From Ignavibacteriota bacterium (GTDB lineage: Bacteria > Bacteroidota > Ignavibacteria > Palsa-1295), in contig CAWBEI010000002.1 of assembly GCA_963787835.1 (NCBI GenBank), positions 768,001-832,000 on the forward strand: a DNA stretch of 64,000 nucleotides, given 5' to 3'. This document shows, in pieces, positions 10,228 to 19,887 of the stretch. Under the pieces are notes generated by a model. That model did not search any database. It was not told the DNA's origin and saw only the letters and a list, made by a program, of their open reading frames with translations. The number at the start of each line of letters is the position of its first letter. The stretch's first letter is position 1. A program made the position numbers and the translations under genes.

Positions 10228-11709
10228 TCATTTCGGCACAAACACGAATTCCGGCCTCGTGGCGGCGTCTCCAACGCGAGTGAGATAGATGTTCGGCTCC
10301 GCGATCATACGTCCCACGTAAGTGTAATGCGAGACGGAATCTAAACGAAATGTATCGCTCTCTTCCATGATCACGGCGCTGAACCGGTGCCGAGCGAATG
10401 CAGAATCGAGATCGGCCTGCAATCGCGCGGAAGTAGTGTCATGCACGCGGAGCACATCGATCGTTGCCAGAAGCTGTGCGTGGGAAGCTTTCCCAGCCTG
10501 CCGCGCGATATAACCGTGATACGGAATATACACTTCCCCCGGCATCGCGCGTAGCTTGCGCATGAACTCATCGCCGCCCGCACGCTGCTTCGCACTTGCG
10601 ATCACCATCTTCCCCGACAGCGGATTGAAATAGAGCGCCACAAACTGAAACAGGAACGCAAGATACACATACCGCGCAAATGCCGGACGAACATTCTTCA
10701 TCTCATTCAGCGCAATCGGTAAGAGCGGCAGCACGAACGCGGCAAAGGGCATCATCACATTGCGGTCGCCGCCTTCGTTACCGAGGCTTACCGCTCCGGC
10801 AGACAGTGCGGCGAGGGCCATCATCACAATGAGTCCCGTTTCGCTCTTGAAAAAAGCACGGGACCACACCCCAACCCCCTCCTTCTTAAGGAGGGGGAGT
10901 ATAAACAGTGTAATTGTTGATGCCGCAAATGGTCCCAAAGCAAAATTTGGGAATGCATCGAACATGCGAATGATGGAAAAATCCGCGCGCTTTGCCGATG
11001 GGATGGTGAACATATAGAATGTGGACCATCCATGGGTAGCGCCAAAGATCGCAAAATGAGCAATGAGTGTCAGAACGACCGCGCTCGCTGTAAAGATCAT
11101 TCCCAGCTTTTTATCTTTAAGCCAAAACCAGACTACTAAAGGAGGCAGAAAAAAAACAGCCTGCTGTCTCGTCAAAAAAGCGAAGACAAAAAGAATAGAC
11201 GTGGCAAGCGAACCAATTATCCCCGATAATCGCATTGGCAAAAACGCAAGAAGAATGACTATAGCGGTGAAGAACGCATCGTTGCGCACAATGTCGAAAT
11301 AATATCCTGTTGCATGATACGTTGCAAAATACAGAGCAATCGTTAAGAAGGCAAACAAGCGATTTTTGGTGATACGCTGAACGATCCAGCCCATTAGTCC
11401 CGCAGTAATCAGCGTAGAAGCGAATGAAACGATCCGTCCCGCAAAGAATCCGATGCCAACGATCTTTGCCACACCTGCAACAGCATAATAATAGGCCGGA
11501 GGATACAGCCAGGGAATGAAATCGATCGTTGGCGCTGCATAGATCGGTTTGCCGGCAAGTATTCGGACAACATGATCGAGCATTGCGCCCTCCATCCACT
11601 CGATCTCATAGGGATACATAAGACGCATGACGGAAAGCGTTAGGACCACTGCAATAAATATCGCGCCGAGCGCAATTGCCAGCCAGCGAGTGAGGCGTTC
11701 CAGTGTCAT
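10228..11709 (-). CDS. GT-C (family 39-like) membrane glycosyltransferase, YPYE-x-EW-x-EG family
   Basis: Start at 11709 gives an ATGA overlap with the methyltransferase. YPYEIEWMEG, YPPAYY, VRND, TRQQ; C-terminus aligns with 2371..3831. Confidence 0.75.
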   Translation of the reverse strand: MTLERLTRWLAIALGAIFIAVVLTLSVMRLMYPYEIEWMEGAMLDHVVRILAGKPIYAAPTIDFIPWLYPPAYYYAVAGVAKIVGIGFFAGRIVSFASTLITAGLMGWIVQRITKNRLFAFLTIALYFATYHATGYYFDIVRNDAFFTAIVILLAFLPMRLSGIIGSLATSILFVFAFLTRQQAVFFLPPLVVWFWLKDKKLGMIFTASAVVLTLIAHFAIFGATHGWSTFYMFTIPSAKRADFSIIRMFDAFPNFALGPFAASTITLFILPLLKKEGVGVWSRAFFKSETGLIVMMALAALSAGAVSLGNEGGDRNVMMPFAAFVLPLLPIALNEMKNVRPAFARYVYLAFLFQFVALYFNPLSGKMVIASAKQRAGGDEFMRKLRAMPGEVYIPYHGYIARQAGKASHAQLLATIDVLRVHDTTSARLQADLDSAFARHRFSAVIMEESDTFRLDSVSHYTYVGRMIAEPNIYLTRVGDAATRPEFVFVPK

Positions 11710-12452
11710 CGTTTTCTCAGCACGCAAAAAAGTGATGACCCGAACGCCGGATGGAACCACGATATCTGGCTCGGCTTGACAAAAAGATAGAGGAGGATCT
11801 TATTCATGCTCGGCGAAGGAATGCGGTCCTCAAAGCGGGATTTCAGTTTAAATAATCGGGAGATAGTGCGAAGTGTTAGAATGGGAAGGAATGCGAACGC
11901 ATTGGCGTAGTCAAAATGCAGCACGTCAAATTCAGACTGGTGCGGCGCGAACAGCAATCGAAGCATGGATTTCGAATAGCGGCGAAAATGGCCGAGCGAA
12001 ACATCCCAATCGCTCCAAAGGCTCATGAAGGCAGGTACATTGATGATAACGATACCGCCCCGTTTTGTGATTCGCAGAAGTTCTGAAAACGCAAGCGTAT
12101 CGTCTTCTACATGCTCCAGCACATCGAGCGCAATAGTAACCTGACTGGTCGAGTCTTTTAGAGGGAGATCGAGAATAGATCCTTCGAGCAGTTCCGTGCC
12201 CTTTCGTTCTTTTGCAAGTCGGCGGGCCTCTGCAACATATTCGATGCCGATCACGGAAATTCCATTCGGCTCGAACCGTCCTCTAAGTTCCCGGACCAAT
12301 TCTCCCGTGCCCGCTCCGCAATCGACGATCCGATCACCCTTTGCGAGTTTTGCCGCTCGCTCGATCCAATATTGGACGAGCACCCGTTTGCCCTTGTAGA
12401 ACCAATGCTCGCGCTCAACTTTTTCCAGCGCATCGTATTCAGCAAGCTGCAT
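11706..12452 (-). CDS. Class I SAM-dependent methyltransferase
   Basis: EREHWFY, DCGAGTG (motif I), LDVLEHVEDD, NVPA and GHFRRY; a type commonly found beside GtrB-like genes. Confidence 0.85.
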   Translation of the reverse strand: MQLAEYDALEKVEREHWFYKGKRVLVQYWIERAAKLAKGDRIVDCGAGTGELVRELRGRFEPNGISVIGIEYVAEARRLAKERKGTELLEGSILDLPLKDSTSQVTIALDVLEHVEDDTLAFSELLRITKRGGIVIINVPAFMSLWSDWDVSLGHFRRYSKSMLRLLFAPHQSEFDVLHFDYANAFAFLPILTLRTISRLFKLKSRFEDRIPSPSMNKILLYLFVKPSQISWFHPAFGSSLFCVLRKR

Positions 12453-12455
12453 AGA

Positions 12456-13421
12456 TCAGTGGTCGTCCGGTTTTGGTGATCGAATGATCTCGCTGATCAC
12501 GTAATGCGGCCGTTGTTTCACCTCATCATAAATACGGCCGAGATATTCGCCTAAAATCCCGATCGAGATTAGCTGAATACCTCCCAACAGTAAAATAGCA
12601 ACGGTCGGGGTGGTAAAACCAGCCACAACATTGATATGCAATACGCGCATAATGACTAAGAAGATCGCGTACAGAAAGGAAAAGGTGCTCACAATAAATC
12701 CCAGCGTCCAGATTGCGCGGAGCGGTTTGAAGCTGAAACTAAAAATGGCGTCAAACGCATACCGGACGAGGCGCCCGAAAGACTGCTTTGGTTTTCCAGC
12801 AGCGCGTTCTTCGCGGTCGTAGAGCACTTCAGCTTGCTCATAACCAACCCAGGTTCGCAATCCAGGCAGGAACCTGTTTCGCTCATGCAACCGCAGCAGG
12901 TCGTTCACTGCTCGGCGGTCCATCAAGCCAAACACTCCGCTGCCGGTCTCCATTTTCATGTCGCTTACGCGAGCAAGCATCGAATGAAATAGCGCGAACA
13001 GCATTCCTTTTATTCCCCGCTCGGCACGCGAACGGCGTTTTGCAACTACTACCCGATTGCCTGATAACCACGACCGAACAAGATCGGGAATTAATTCCGG
13101 AGGGTCTTGCAGATCACCATCCATAATAATGACGGCATCCCCGGTGGCATATTCTAATCCCGCCTGGATCGCGGATTGATGTCCAAAGTTTCGGGACAGA
13201 TTGATGACGGCAAGACGTGCATCCCTCACAGCAAAATTCGAAAGCATTTCCAGCGTTCGGTCGCGCGAGCCATCGTTGACAAGCACCCATTCGCATTCCA
13301 GCCCAAATTCCCGTTCGAGGGAATCGAACACATGCGTCACCCGCTCGGAAAGCTCACTCAACAGTGCTTCTTCGTTATAAATCGGCATGACAATGGAAAT
13401 GGACTTGGCAGGCATAATCAA
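12456..13421 (-). CDS. Polyprenol-phosphate glycosyltransferase (GT2, GtrB/YkoT-like)
   Basis: VNDGSRD, LSRNFGHQSA, MDGDLQDPPE, two C-terminal TM helices and GEYLGRIYDEVKQRPHY. Confidence 0.9.
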   Translation of the reverse strand: MIMPAKSISIVMPIYNEEALLSELSERVTHVFDSLEREFGLECEWVLVNDGSRDRTLEMLSNFAVRDARLAVINLSRNFGHQSAIQAGLEYATGDAVIIMDGDLQDPPELIPDLVRSWLSGNRVVVAKRRSRAERGIKGMLFALFHSMLARVSDMKMETGSGVFGLMDRRAVNDLLRLHERNRFLPGLRTWVGYEQAEVLYDREERAAGKPKQSFGRLVRYAFDAIFSFSFKPLRAIWTLGFIVSTFSFLYAIFLVIMRVLHINVVAGFTTPTVAILLLGGIQLISIGILGEYLGRIYDEVKQRPHYVISEIIRSPKPDDH

Positions 13422-13428
13422 ACAGGAC

Positions 13429-14949
13429 TTAGTGGCGTCTATATAAAGTAAAAGCGCCTATCTTGGTTTCAGCATAATAATTGGAATCGAGCCTCGCCCC
13501 AAGTTCCGTAAAATCCTCCCGAAGGATCTCGTGCCCCAGCCGTCCGCCATAATACTGCCGAAATGCCTCCGGTGCATCGCAAACAATGAAGTAGATGGGC
13601 TTCTCTCTTCGCATATCATTCATATATTCCTCGCGCCACGCTCGCTGGAATGGCTGAAGACTATCGCCGACCCCACGCATGGTAATGGCATGAAGTGTTT
13701 GAAATCGGCTGGCGGTAAGCAACCCAGCTCGGAATTGAGGATAGCTATACGGCCCAAACATTTGGACGGTGTCGTTGGGGCGAGTATGTGCAATGAGGTA
13801 ATCGCCAACTTCTGTTTGGACGCGCACTCCAAACTCCGGTGAAGGCTCGTAACGATCGTAGGACTCGTCGAGGGAATGGATGCGACCCTTCCCAATATCG
13901 ATCAATACACGCTGGATGGTATTACCTCGAAAGGTCGTGATAAGATAATAGATAACGATCGCGATAGGAACTGCAAACTTAATACATCTCCACCTTTGAG
14001 CGAGGAAATCCGCAATGCGCATCCATCCAATTGCCGAAAGCAAAATAAACAGCGTCATCGCCGGATGATAATGATACACGCTATGCCGGTAAAGCATTAA
14101 CAGCGAAATCGCACTTGACGCAAATAGTGCTGCCCAAAGGTAAAGGACTGGACGCTCTTTCTTCCATAAATAATAGAGTGCAACCGCAACAGCGACTATC
14201 GAAATTGCATAAAATCTGACCGGTTCCCACAAACTAAATGAAGCTCCACTACCACCATACACTTTGAGATTAAACAGGATCGTGGCATCCCAAAATTCTT
14301 TCAGACCTCCATAAAACCAATATAGAATGATTGTAAAAAAGATTGGAACGACTCCACCAAGAACGAAGTGCAATACATTTCGCCGATCATCACTTGTTAG
14401 AAAATACCAAACCAAGAATATCACTGCGTAGAGTGCATACGTTGGTCGGAACAGGAATGCCAAACCGCACAACGCGCCGACAAGAAATGACTTCTTCTTT
14501 TCTAATGCAAGATAGAACGCCACAATGAGCATGATCGAAACATATGTATCGCGCTCACCTGCCATCCACAGGCCCTGTTGAACATAATACAATGCTGCCA
14601 GAATCGCCGCAAGCATTCCCGCACGAATATCGTAAAGTCGCTCGCCAATCCGAATGAGAAAATAACTTCCTACAAGCTGAAGAAGAATATCGAATAGATG
14701 GAAGGCTATCTGCGAATGTCCACTAATGAGAATTTGTATCGCATGGACGAGGATTATTCCCGGAAAATTCTGATCCCACGAGCCAAGATATGGAAGATGT
14801 CCTTTCAAGCCAAGATCTGCCATGTAGGCATACAGCGCGTTGTCGTTATTAAAGGGATAGGTGAGCGTGCAGGAAAAAATCGCTGCACAAATGAGAAGCG
14901 TTACCCCTATTCCTGGGCCAAAAGATTTCTTGCTGTTAGTGAGCTGCAT
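13429..14949 (-). CDS. GT-C membrane glycosyltransferase, WD-x-NFPG family
   Basis: DNALY, LPYLGSWDQNFPG, GERDT and FRPT; paralog of 3828..5360. Confidence 0.75.
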   Translation of the reverse strand: MQLTNSKKSFGPGIGVTLLICAAIFSCTLTYPFNNDNALYAYMADLGLKGHLPYLGSWDQNFPGIILVHAIQILISGHSQIAFHLFDILLQLVGSYFLIRIGERLYDIRAGMLAAILAALYYVQQGLWMAGERDTYVSIMLIVAFYLALEKKKSFLVGALCGLAFLFRPTYALYAVIFLVWYFLTSDDRRNVLHFVLGGVVPIFFTIILYWFYGGLKEFWDATILFNLKVYGGSGASFSLWEPVRFYAISIVAVAVALYYLWKKERPVLYLWAALFASSAISLLMLYRHSVYHYHPAMTLFILLSAIGWMRIADFLAQRWRCIKFAVPIAIVIYYLITTFRGNTIQRVLIDIGKGRIHSLDESYDRYEPSPEFGVRVQTEVGDYLIAHTRPNDTVQMFGPYSYPQFRAGLLTASRFQTLHAITMRGVGDSLQPFQRAWREEYMNDMRREKPIYFIVCDAPEAFRQYYGGRLGHEILREDFTELGARLDSNYYAETKIGAFTLYRRH

Positions 14950-15772
14950 CTGGCTTTTTGATAGTCACAGAAAGAACAACAGAGATAATTAAGACCGCGA
15001 TCACTACGCTCAAGGCAACGGTATTACTTATGATCGCCGATGGCCAAAATGCTGGAATGATCATTTTCACGCCAATGAACCACAAAATGACACCCACACC
15101 CTGCTTGACGAATCGGAATGCATCATGCGCTCGCTCCAGCAGAAAATAAAGCGAACGCAGGCCCAATACAGCGAGCATATTCGAAGAATAAATGATAAAG
15201 GGATTTCGAGTAACGGCAAAGATTGCCGGTATGCTATCGACGGCGAAGATCACGTCCATCACCTCGATCACACAAACGACAAGAAAGAGTGGGGTTGCAA
15301 CTCGCCGCCCGTGTTCACAAATAAAGAATCGGGTTCCGTGGAACTCCGGCGATACTGTTACAAATCGTGATACTAATTTGATGGTCCGGCTCTTTTCTGG
15401 TTCGAATTCCTTTTCGCCGCCGAAGGCCATGACAAATCCGGTATAGATCACGATTGCGCCGAAAAGATATAATACCCATTCGAACGATTGAATCAGGGTA
15501 ACACCTGCAAAGATAAGCAGCCCACGTAAGACAAGGACACTGATGAGTCCGTAGTTCAATGCCCGCCGTTGCGCTTCACGTTTCACCCCGAAGAACGTGA
15601 AGAGCATAAGAAACACGAACAGGTTATCGACCGAGAGCGCTTTCTCAAGCGCATAGCCGGTGAGAAATGCCTCGGCGGGAACTGCGCCCCAATAGGAATA
15701 GATCGCAAGAGCCGTAAGCATCGAAAGGCCGATCCAAACGGTGCTCCAGGCAAGTGCGCGTTTAAAAGTCAT
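14936..15772 (-). CDS. TerC/Alx family membrane protein
   Basis: GYALEKALSVDNLFVF, DVIFAVDSIPAIFAVT and LGLRSLYF signature motifs. Confidence 0.92.
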   Translation of the reverse strand: MTFKRALAWSTVWIGLSMLTALAIYSYWGAVPAEAFLTGYALEKALSVDNLFVFLMLFTFFGVKREAQRRALNYGLISVLVLRGLLIFAGVTLIQSFEWVLYLFGAIVIYTGFVMAFGGEKEFEPEKSRTIKLVSRFVTVSPEFHGTRFFICEHGRRVATPLFLVVCVIEVMDVIFAVDSIPAIFAVTRNPFIIYSSNMLAVLGLRSLYFLLERAHDAFRFVKQGVGVILWFIGVKMIIPAFWPSAIISNTVALSVVIAVLIISVVLSVTIKKPDAAH

Positions 15773-15814
15773 AAGGCAGAACCGGGATTACGCAGATTTG
15801 GGTTCACAATACTA

Positions 15815-16618
15815 TCAACCACTATTCTTCAGTAAAAACTCTCGCTCTTCTTTAGATAGACTTTGCATTCCACTGCTTGCAATCTTATCAAGAATAGCAT
15901 CGATGCGAGCTTCGATCGCTTTGGGATCGTTCAGTACGACTCCTTTTACAGATGCAGTCCTTCGAACTGGCCTGCGCATCAGCACATCCTCAGCGCGATT
16001 GAGAAACGCTCTCCCAAAACTATATTGCCGGTACATCACATGGAAACAAACGATAGCACCAAGTGTGCCAAAAATAGGACCAAAGAGGTTTGCGGCGCTT
16101 GAATCCAAACGAGTTCCATTCATGGGGATCACGGAAAGTACAAATACTGCAACTGCGATCATCCAGGCCTTTAGCCAAAATAATCCTAAAATGGAGATCT
16201 CTCGCTTAGGCCACATATAGGCAAAACCGCCCAGCATGAACATCGTGAGAATGCCTGGCCCGGCAAGTGCTGCATCTGGGCTGAGAACGGAAAAGATCAG
16301 CCCGCCAGCAACGATCGTAATGGCAAGCATAATGGTAAGCCGCTTGGTATGAATGATCGTCTCCAGTTCCCCACCGAACATAGCAATGATGATCGCTATC
16401 CACAACAAGGAGAAAATAGCAGGAAGCAAACTCTGCATCGAAGCAGCCATGAAAAAGGGATACGTCACGAGCCGCCATACCTGAAACCGTCCCCAAAGCA
16501 GTTCCGGGTAGAGCGGCATCGCCGAAACCATCATTCCCGGAACGATCAGCGAAAGCAACGCCGATCCCACGAGGGCAATTATTAGTCCTTTACAGAGCGG
16601 GGGAAGGTTCCGAAACAT
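15815..16618 (-). CDS. Rhomboid-like membrane protein with a small C-terminal helical domain (DUF6576-like)
   Basis: QVWRLVTY loop motif and C-terminal IDAILDKIASSGMQSLSKEE. The canonical GxSG and catalytic His are not evident (GPG; AANLFG), so it may be inactive. Confidence 0.7.
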   Translation of the reverse strand: MFRNLPPLCKGLIIALVGSALLSLIVPGMMVSAMPLYPELLWGRFQVWRLVTYPFFMAASMQSLLPAIFSLLWIAIIIAMFGGELETIIHTKRLTIMLAITIVAGGLIFSVLSPDAALAGPGILTMFMLGGFAYMWPKREISILGLFWLKAWMIAVAVFVLSVIPMNGTRLDSSAANLFGPIFGTLGAIVCFHVMYRQYSFGRAFLNRAEDVLMRRPVRRTASVKGVVLNDPKAIEARIDAILDKIASSGMQSLSKEEREFLLKNSG

Positions 16619-16658
16619 TATAGCAGCATCCGTTCGACAATATCTTCTCCATGAACAA

Positions 16659-16688
16659 CAAAAGACCGGCGATTGCGCCGGCCTTTTG
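16659..16688 (-). terminator. Probable intrinsic terminator
   Basis: caaaagaccggc-gattgc-gccggccttttg hairpin just after the stop of 16715..17650. Confidence 0.6.
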
Positions 16689-16714
16689 TAATATTAGTAG
16701 AATTTGATTTTAAT

Positions 16715-17650
16715 TTAGCCAATATGATCGTCACGGAGCCAGATGCCATAGCGAACATCGATCGTGAAAGTATCCGTCTTGCCATCGCCGCTGATGCGAG
16801 TGATCGTAAGTGTGGCTGTGCCGTCACCATTATAGACGATCGAGACCTGCCGTTCGAACGTACTATCCTTGAAGCCGACCGCTTTGAAATCGCTGTTGCC
16901 GGTTCCAAGCAGATACGTTACGTTACCGCCCATCCAGTTATCATAGACTTTCACAAGCGTGTCATTCGTCCAGTTCATAGTGAACGTATGGGTGAATGTC
17001 GTGCCATTGGAGAGCTTGGTCGTCTCGCCGGCACGGGTAAGCGTGCCATTAAGCGTAGCAGAATCCGGTTCTGCGATCAGGTTCGTGATCGTCCAGGAGC
17101 CGTTCGAAGAATCGCTCAGGCTGACGCGTGGCGTCGATACGGTATGCTGGCCATGCGAAGTAATCGAAACCTCGTTCGTCTGCCCCTTGATGAATTTGGG
17201 CATCGCATTGCCGTTGGCGTCGTAGTAGGTCCATGTATGCGTCCAGGTTCCCGAATAACTGTAGCCATTCTTCGAGAAGCTGCGCGAGACCGTTGCAATA
17301 TGCACCGTCGTCGTATCGCTCGGAGAACTAAGTACGTTAGCATCCGGAATGACCTGCCCGTGCGCCAGCGTCATCGCATCGCTGAAGATCATGCCCGAAC
17401 CGCCGGAGCTGGTTCCGACCGATGTTGCGATCACATCCGCAGCATCGCGGGAATTCGCGGCTTGTACCGCATCCGGGAACGATGCTTCCGTATTAGAAGA
17501 TGATGGCGCCGTTGACTGCGATGCGCAGCCACCAAGCATCATCGATGAAGCGCCCAAAGCGACCATGGCGACAAGTGAAAGGAAGCCGGTTCTGATAGCT
17601 CCGCTTTTCCAGAAGGTGTTGAGTACCGAAAGGTTTTGATAGTAATTCAT
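16715..17650 (-). CDS. Hypothetical lipoprotein (Ser/Thr-rich, beta-rich)
   Basis: Hydrophobic stretch followed by lipobox-like LGGC; 311 aa. Confidence 0.75.
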   Translation of the reverse strand: MNYYQNLSVLNTFWKSGAIRTGFLSLVAMVALGASSMMLGGCASQSTAPSSSNTEASFPDAVQAANSRDAADVIATSVGTSSGGSGMIFSDAMTLAHGQVIPDANVLSSPSDTTTVHIATVSRSFSKNGYSYSGTWTHTWTYYDANGNAMPKFIKGQTNEVSITSHGQHTVSTPRVSLSDSSNGSWTITNLIAEPDSATLNGTLTRAGETTKLSNGTTFTHTFTMNWTNDTLVKVYDNWMGGNVTYLLGTGNSDFKAVGFKDSTFERQVSIVYNGDGTATLTITRISGDGKTDTFTIDVRYGIWLRDDHIG

Positions 17651-18162
17651 GATTGTGCAAATAGTGTGAATGGTTGAAATTGTATTAGTGTGTTATTAAA
17701 TATCCCATTTGCTTAATAGACTTCCTACCCGCCCGAAAGTTTAATCCTCAATTATTACAATTTCTTAAGCCAAGGATTCATCCTTCATCCTTTCCCCCGG
17801 AAATAGGTGCCATTTCTTTTTCTTGCGAGTTCCCGATATTCCTTGCTCCTCCCTCGTTTCCGTGCCAATTTCGCCATTTGTTCCAACAGGTATTCATAAA
17901 AGTCCCTTCACAGAGAACTCGTTCATAATGAAACCTACCGCCGAAATCAATTTTCAATGAACTCCCCCATCCTTCCCTAATCCCGAGAATCCTGTAAATC
18001 GTGGTCTAATTCTTATTTCTTAATTGATACAGGTGCCCATCATCTCACCACCAAATATACAACACTTTTCCGATGAGCCACCAAATTCGAAATTTTCTTT
18101 TGGCCACGCATACGGATAACACAAGCCGTGTCTCGGGAAGCGGCGCTTCTTAGACCCGAAGG

Positions 18163-18373
18163 GACGGAGTACCCGCAGCCCAGGGTGAAGTCCGCCGCGG
18201 CGGACGGAACCCTGGGTAACGGAATATGAACAGGAAGTTATAGCCCTGAAAGGGCGATGTTAGCCGTGCGGCATTTACTCCGTCCTTGCAGGACTATGGG
18301 AACATAAAGGGCATCTATACCTGGGGTTCCGTCCGCCGCGGCGGACTCCACCCCAGGCTGCGAGTACTCCGTC
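18163..18373. repeat. Large REP-like inverted-repeat element (~56-bp arms, each containing palindrome GTCCGCCGCGGCGGAC)
   Basis: 18163-18218 is an imperfect reverse complement of 18318-18373; internal gccctgaaagggc hairpin. Confidence 0.85.
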
Positions 18374-18458
18374 GCGTCGCGACTGAAACAATCCTGAAAA
18401 TCCAGTGAATTATGGCCCATTTTTCCCGCCCGCCATGAAATTCGGAATTTCTCCTAAC

Positions 18459-18582
18459 GTAGGGATCCGCCGCGGCGGACGCACGTCCGCGCCCGAGGAA
18501 TTAGAAGGGCTATTATGATGTATATTCAAACCGAACCGACCGATAATGGGACGGACATGCGTCCGCCGCGGCGGATCCCTGC
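18459..18582. repeat. GTAG-type REP doublet containing the same TCCGCCGCGGCGGA palindrome
   Basis: gtagggatccgccgcggcggacgcacgtccg ... cggacatgcgtccgccgcggcggatccctgc inverted pair. Confidence 0.8.
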
Positions 18583-18635
18583 GAACCTACCGACATGCGT
18601 TCCCCGGTCCGGGAATTATCATAAATTGTTAGGGT

Positions 18636-19874
18636 ATGAAAAAAATTGCTGTTGGTTGTTTGACGATCTTGCTGTGCACTGCCACATCTCTGCATGCGCA
18701 ATTGAACAATGGAACGGACGTGCGCAGCACGTCCCTACGGACGGAACAACCGGCAGGCGTGCCACAAAATGTCAGTTTGGATGCAATGGGGACTGTATGT
18801 GCCAGCCCTTGTTTCTCGACAGGATCATATAATTGGCTTCCATATACAAGTGGAATTGTAAATGCTTATGGCATTACATATTGTGCTACAAATGGCGGCA
18901 ATTTAGGTAGTTCAAGTTCGCCACCTTCCTGGGCTTCTGGATGTCAGGATTGGGTGAACATTTTGGGAACCGATGCAGGGAAGAGTGGATCGGCCCCCCT
19001 ATCAGTTGATAGCATTAGTGACACCTGTACCTTCCTTCTCAATTATGGTAATTCTCTTTCACAGTTCCAGTCTTGGCAATCTTCATACGACACACTTCAA
19101 TTATTCATCGATAGATGCGCGCTCCGCACCAGATCGTGGTCCGCATTTGGGAGCTTGGGGAGCGATGTCCAAAATTTGCTTCCCACAGCTTACAACTTTC
19201 CAGAAGACTCTACAATTTATGCGCAATATCGGACTTGGTTATACTCAGTACTGTATCTGAACACAACAGACCCGGAGTACTTTTGCCAGTGTGTTGAACA
19301 AATTTTTGGAACCTTTGGCTATGTTAGAGTTGACACAGCAAACGAGCAAAGCTTCATTGCAGATAATTTCGGCATTGCAGTTGACCGATGGTTATTACTT
19401 AACACGAATTGCGATTCTTCTCAAGAGTGGGCTAATTGGCAATATGCACGATCGCAGCAACGCCAACTCTGGCAAAGCGACTCTATTGAAGGCACACATT
19501 ACCCCTATGATACAACAATTCCGCCTTTGGATTCGATTTACCCAGGTCTTGATACTCTCCTGGCTCGGCATGCACTGTACGCGAGCGTGAGTGAAACGCC
19601 GCAGCCAGGTATTCTTTCAAATGCCACAGCAAATCCCAACCCTGTAACCGAAGGAACTGTAATCTCCTTCAGCATCAGCAAAGAGGCGTATGTAAAGATC
19701 GAGCTTTTCGATGTGCTGGGCAAACAGGCATCTTCTTACGGCTACGAGAGCCTGTTCGAGCCGGGAAATAAATCGGTTTCCTTCTCGCTTGCCGGGCTTC
19801 CTTCCGGCACATACTATGCCCACATCATCACAGCTTATGGCGAAGTGCAAACCGTGAAATTGGTGAAGGAATGA
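18636..19874 (+). CDS. Secreted protein with C-terminal T9SS type A sorting domain
   Basis: Signal peptide ending LHA-Q; Cys-containing body; C-terminal NPNPV...IELFDVLG...LPSGTYY...VKLVKE. Confidence 0.8.
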   Translation: MKKIAVGCLTILLCTATSLHAQLNNGTDVRSTSLRTEQPAGVPQNVSLDAMGTVCASPCFSTGSYNWLPYTSGIVNAYGITYCATNGGNLGSSSSPPSWASGCQDWVNILGTDAGKSGSAPLSVDSISDTCTFLLNYGNSLSQFQSWQSSYDTLQLFIDRCALRTRSWSAFGSLGSDVQNLLPTAYNFPEDSTIYAQYRTWLYSVLYLNTTDPEYFCQCVEQIFGTFGYVRVDTANEQSFIADNFGIAVDRWLLLNTNCDSSQEWANWQYARSQQRQLWQSDSIEGTHYPYDTTIPPLDSIYPGLDTLLARHALYASVSETPQPGILSNATANPNPVTEGTVISFSISKEAYVKIELFDVLGKQASSYGYESLFEPGNKSVSFSLAGLPSGTYYAHIITAYGEVQTVKLVKE

Positions 19875-19887
19875 TCTGAAAACGAAC

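Noticed and set aside
15773-15814. yybP-ykoY manganese riboswitch upstream of TerC/Alx
   Set aside because: Only 42 bp separate the genes, and that space is occupied by a dispersed repeat.
18163-18582. Four copies of a palindrome as a CRISPR array
   Set aside because: The copies belong to inverted arms with irregular spacing of about 95-140 bp; no cas genes.
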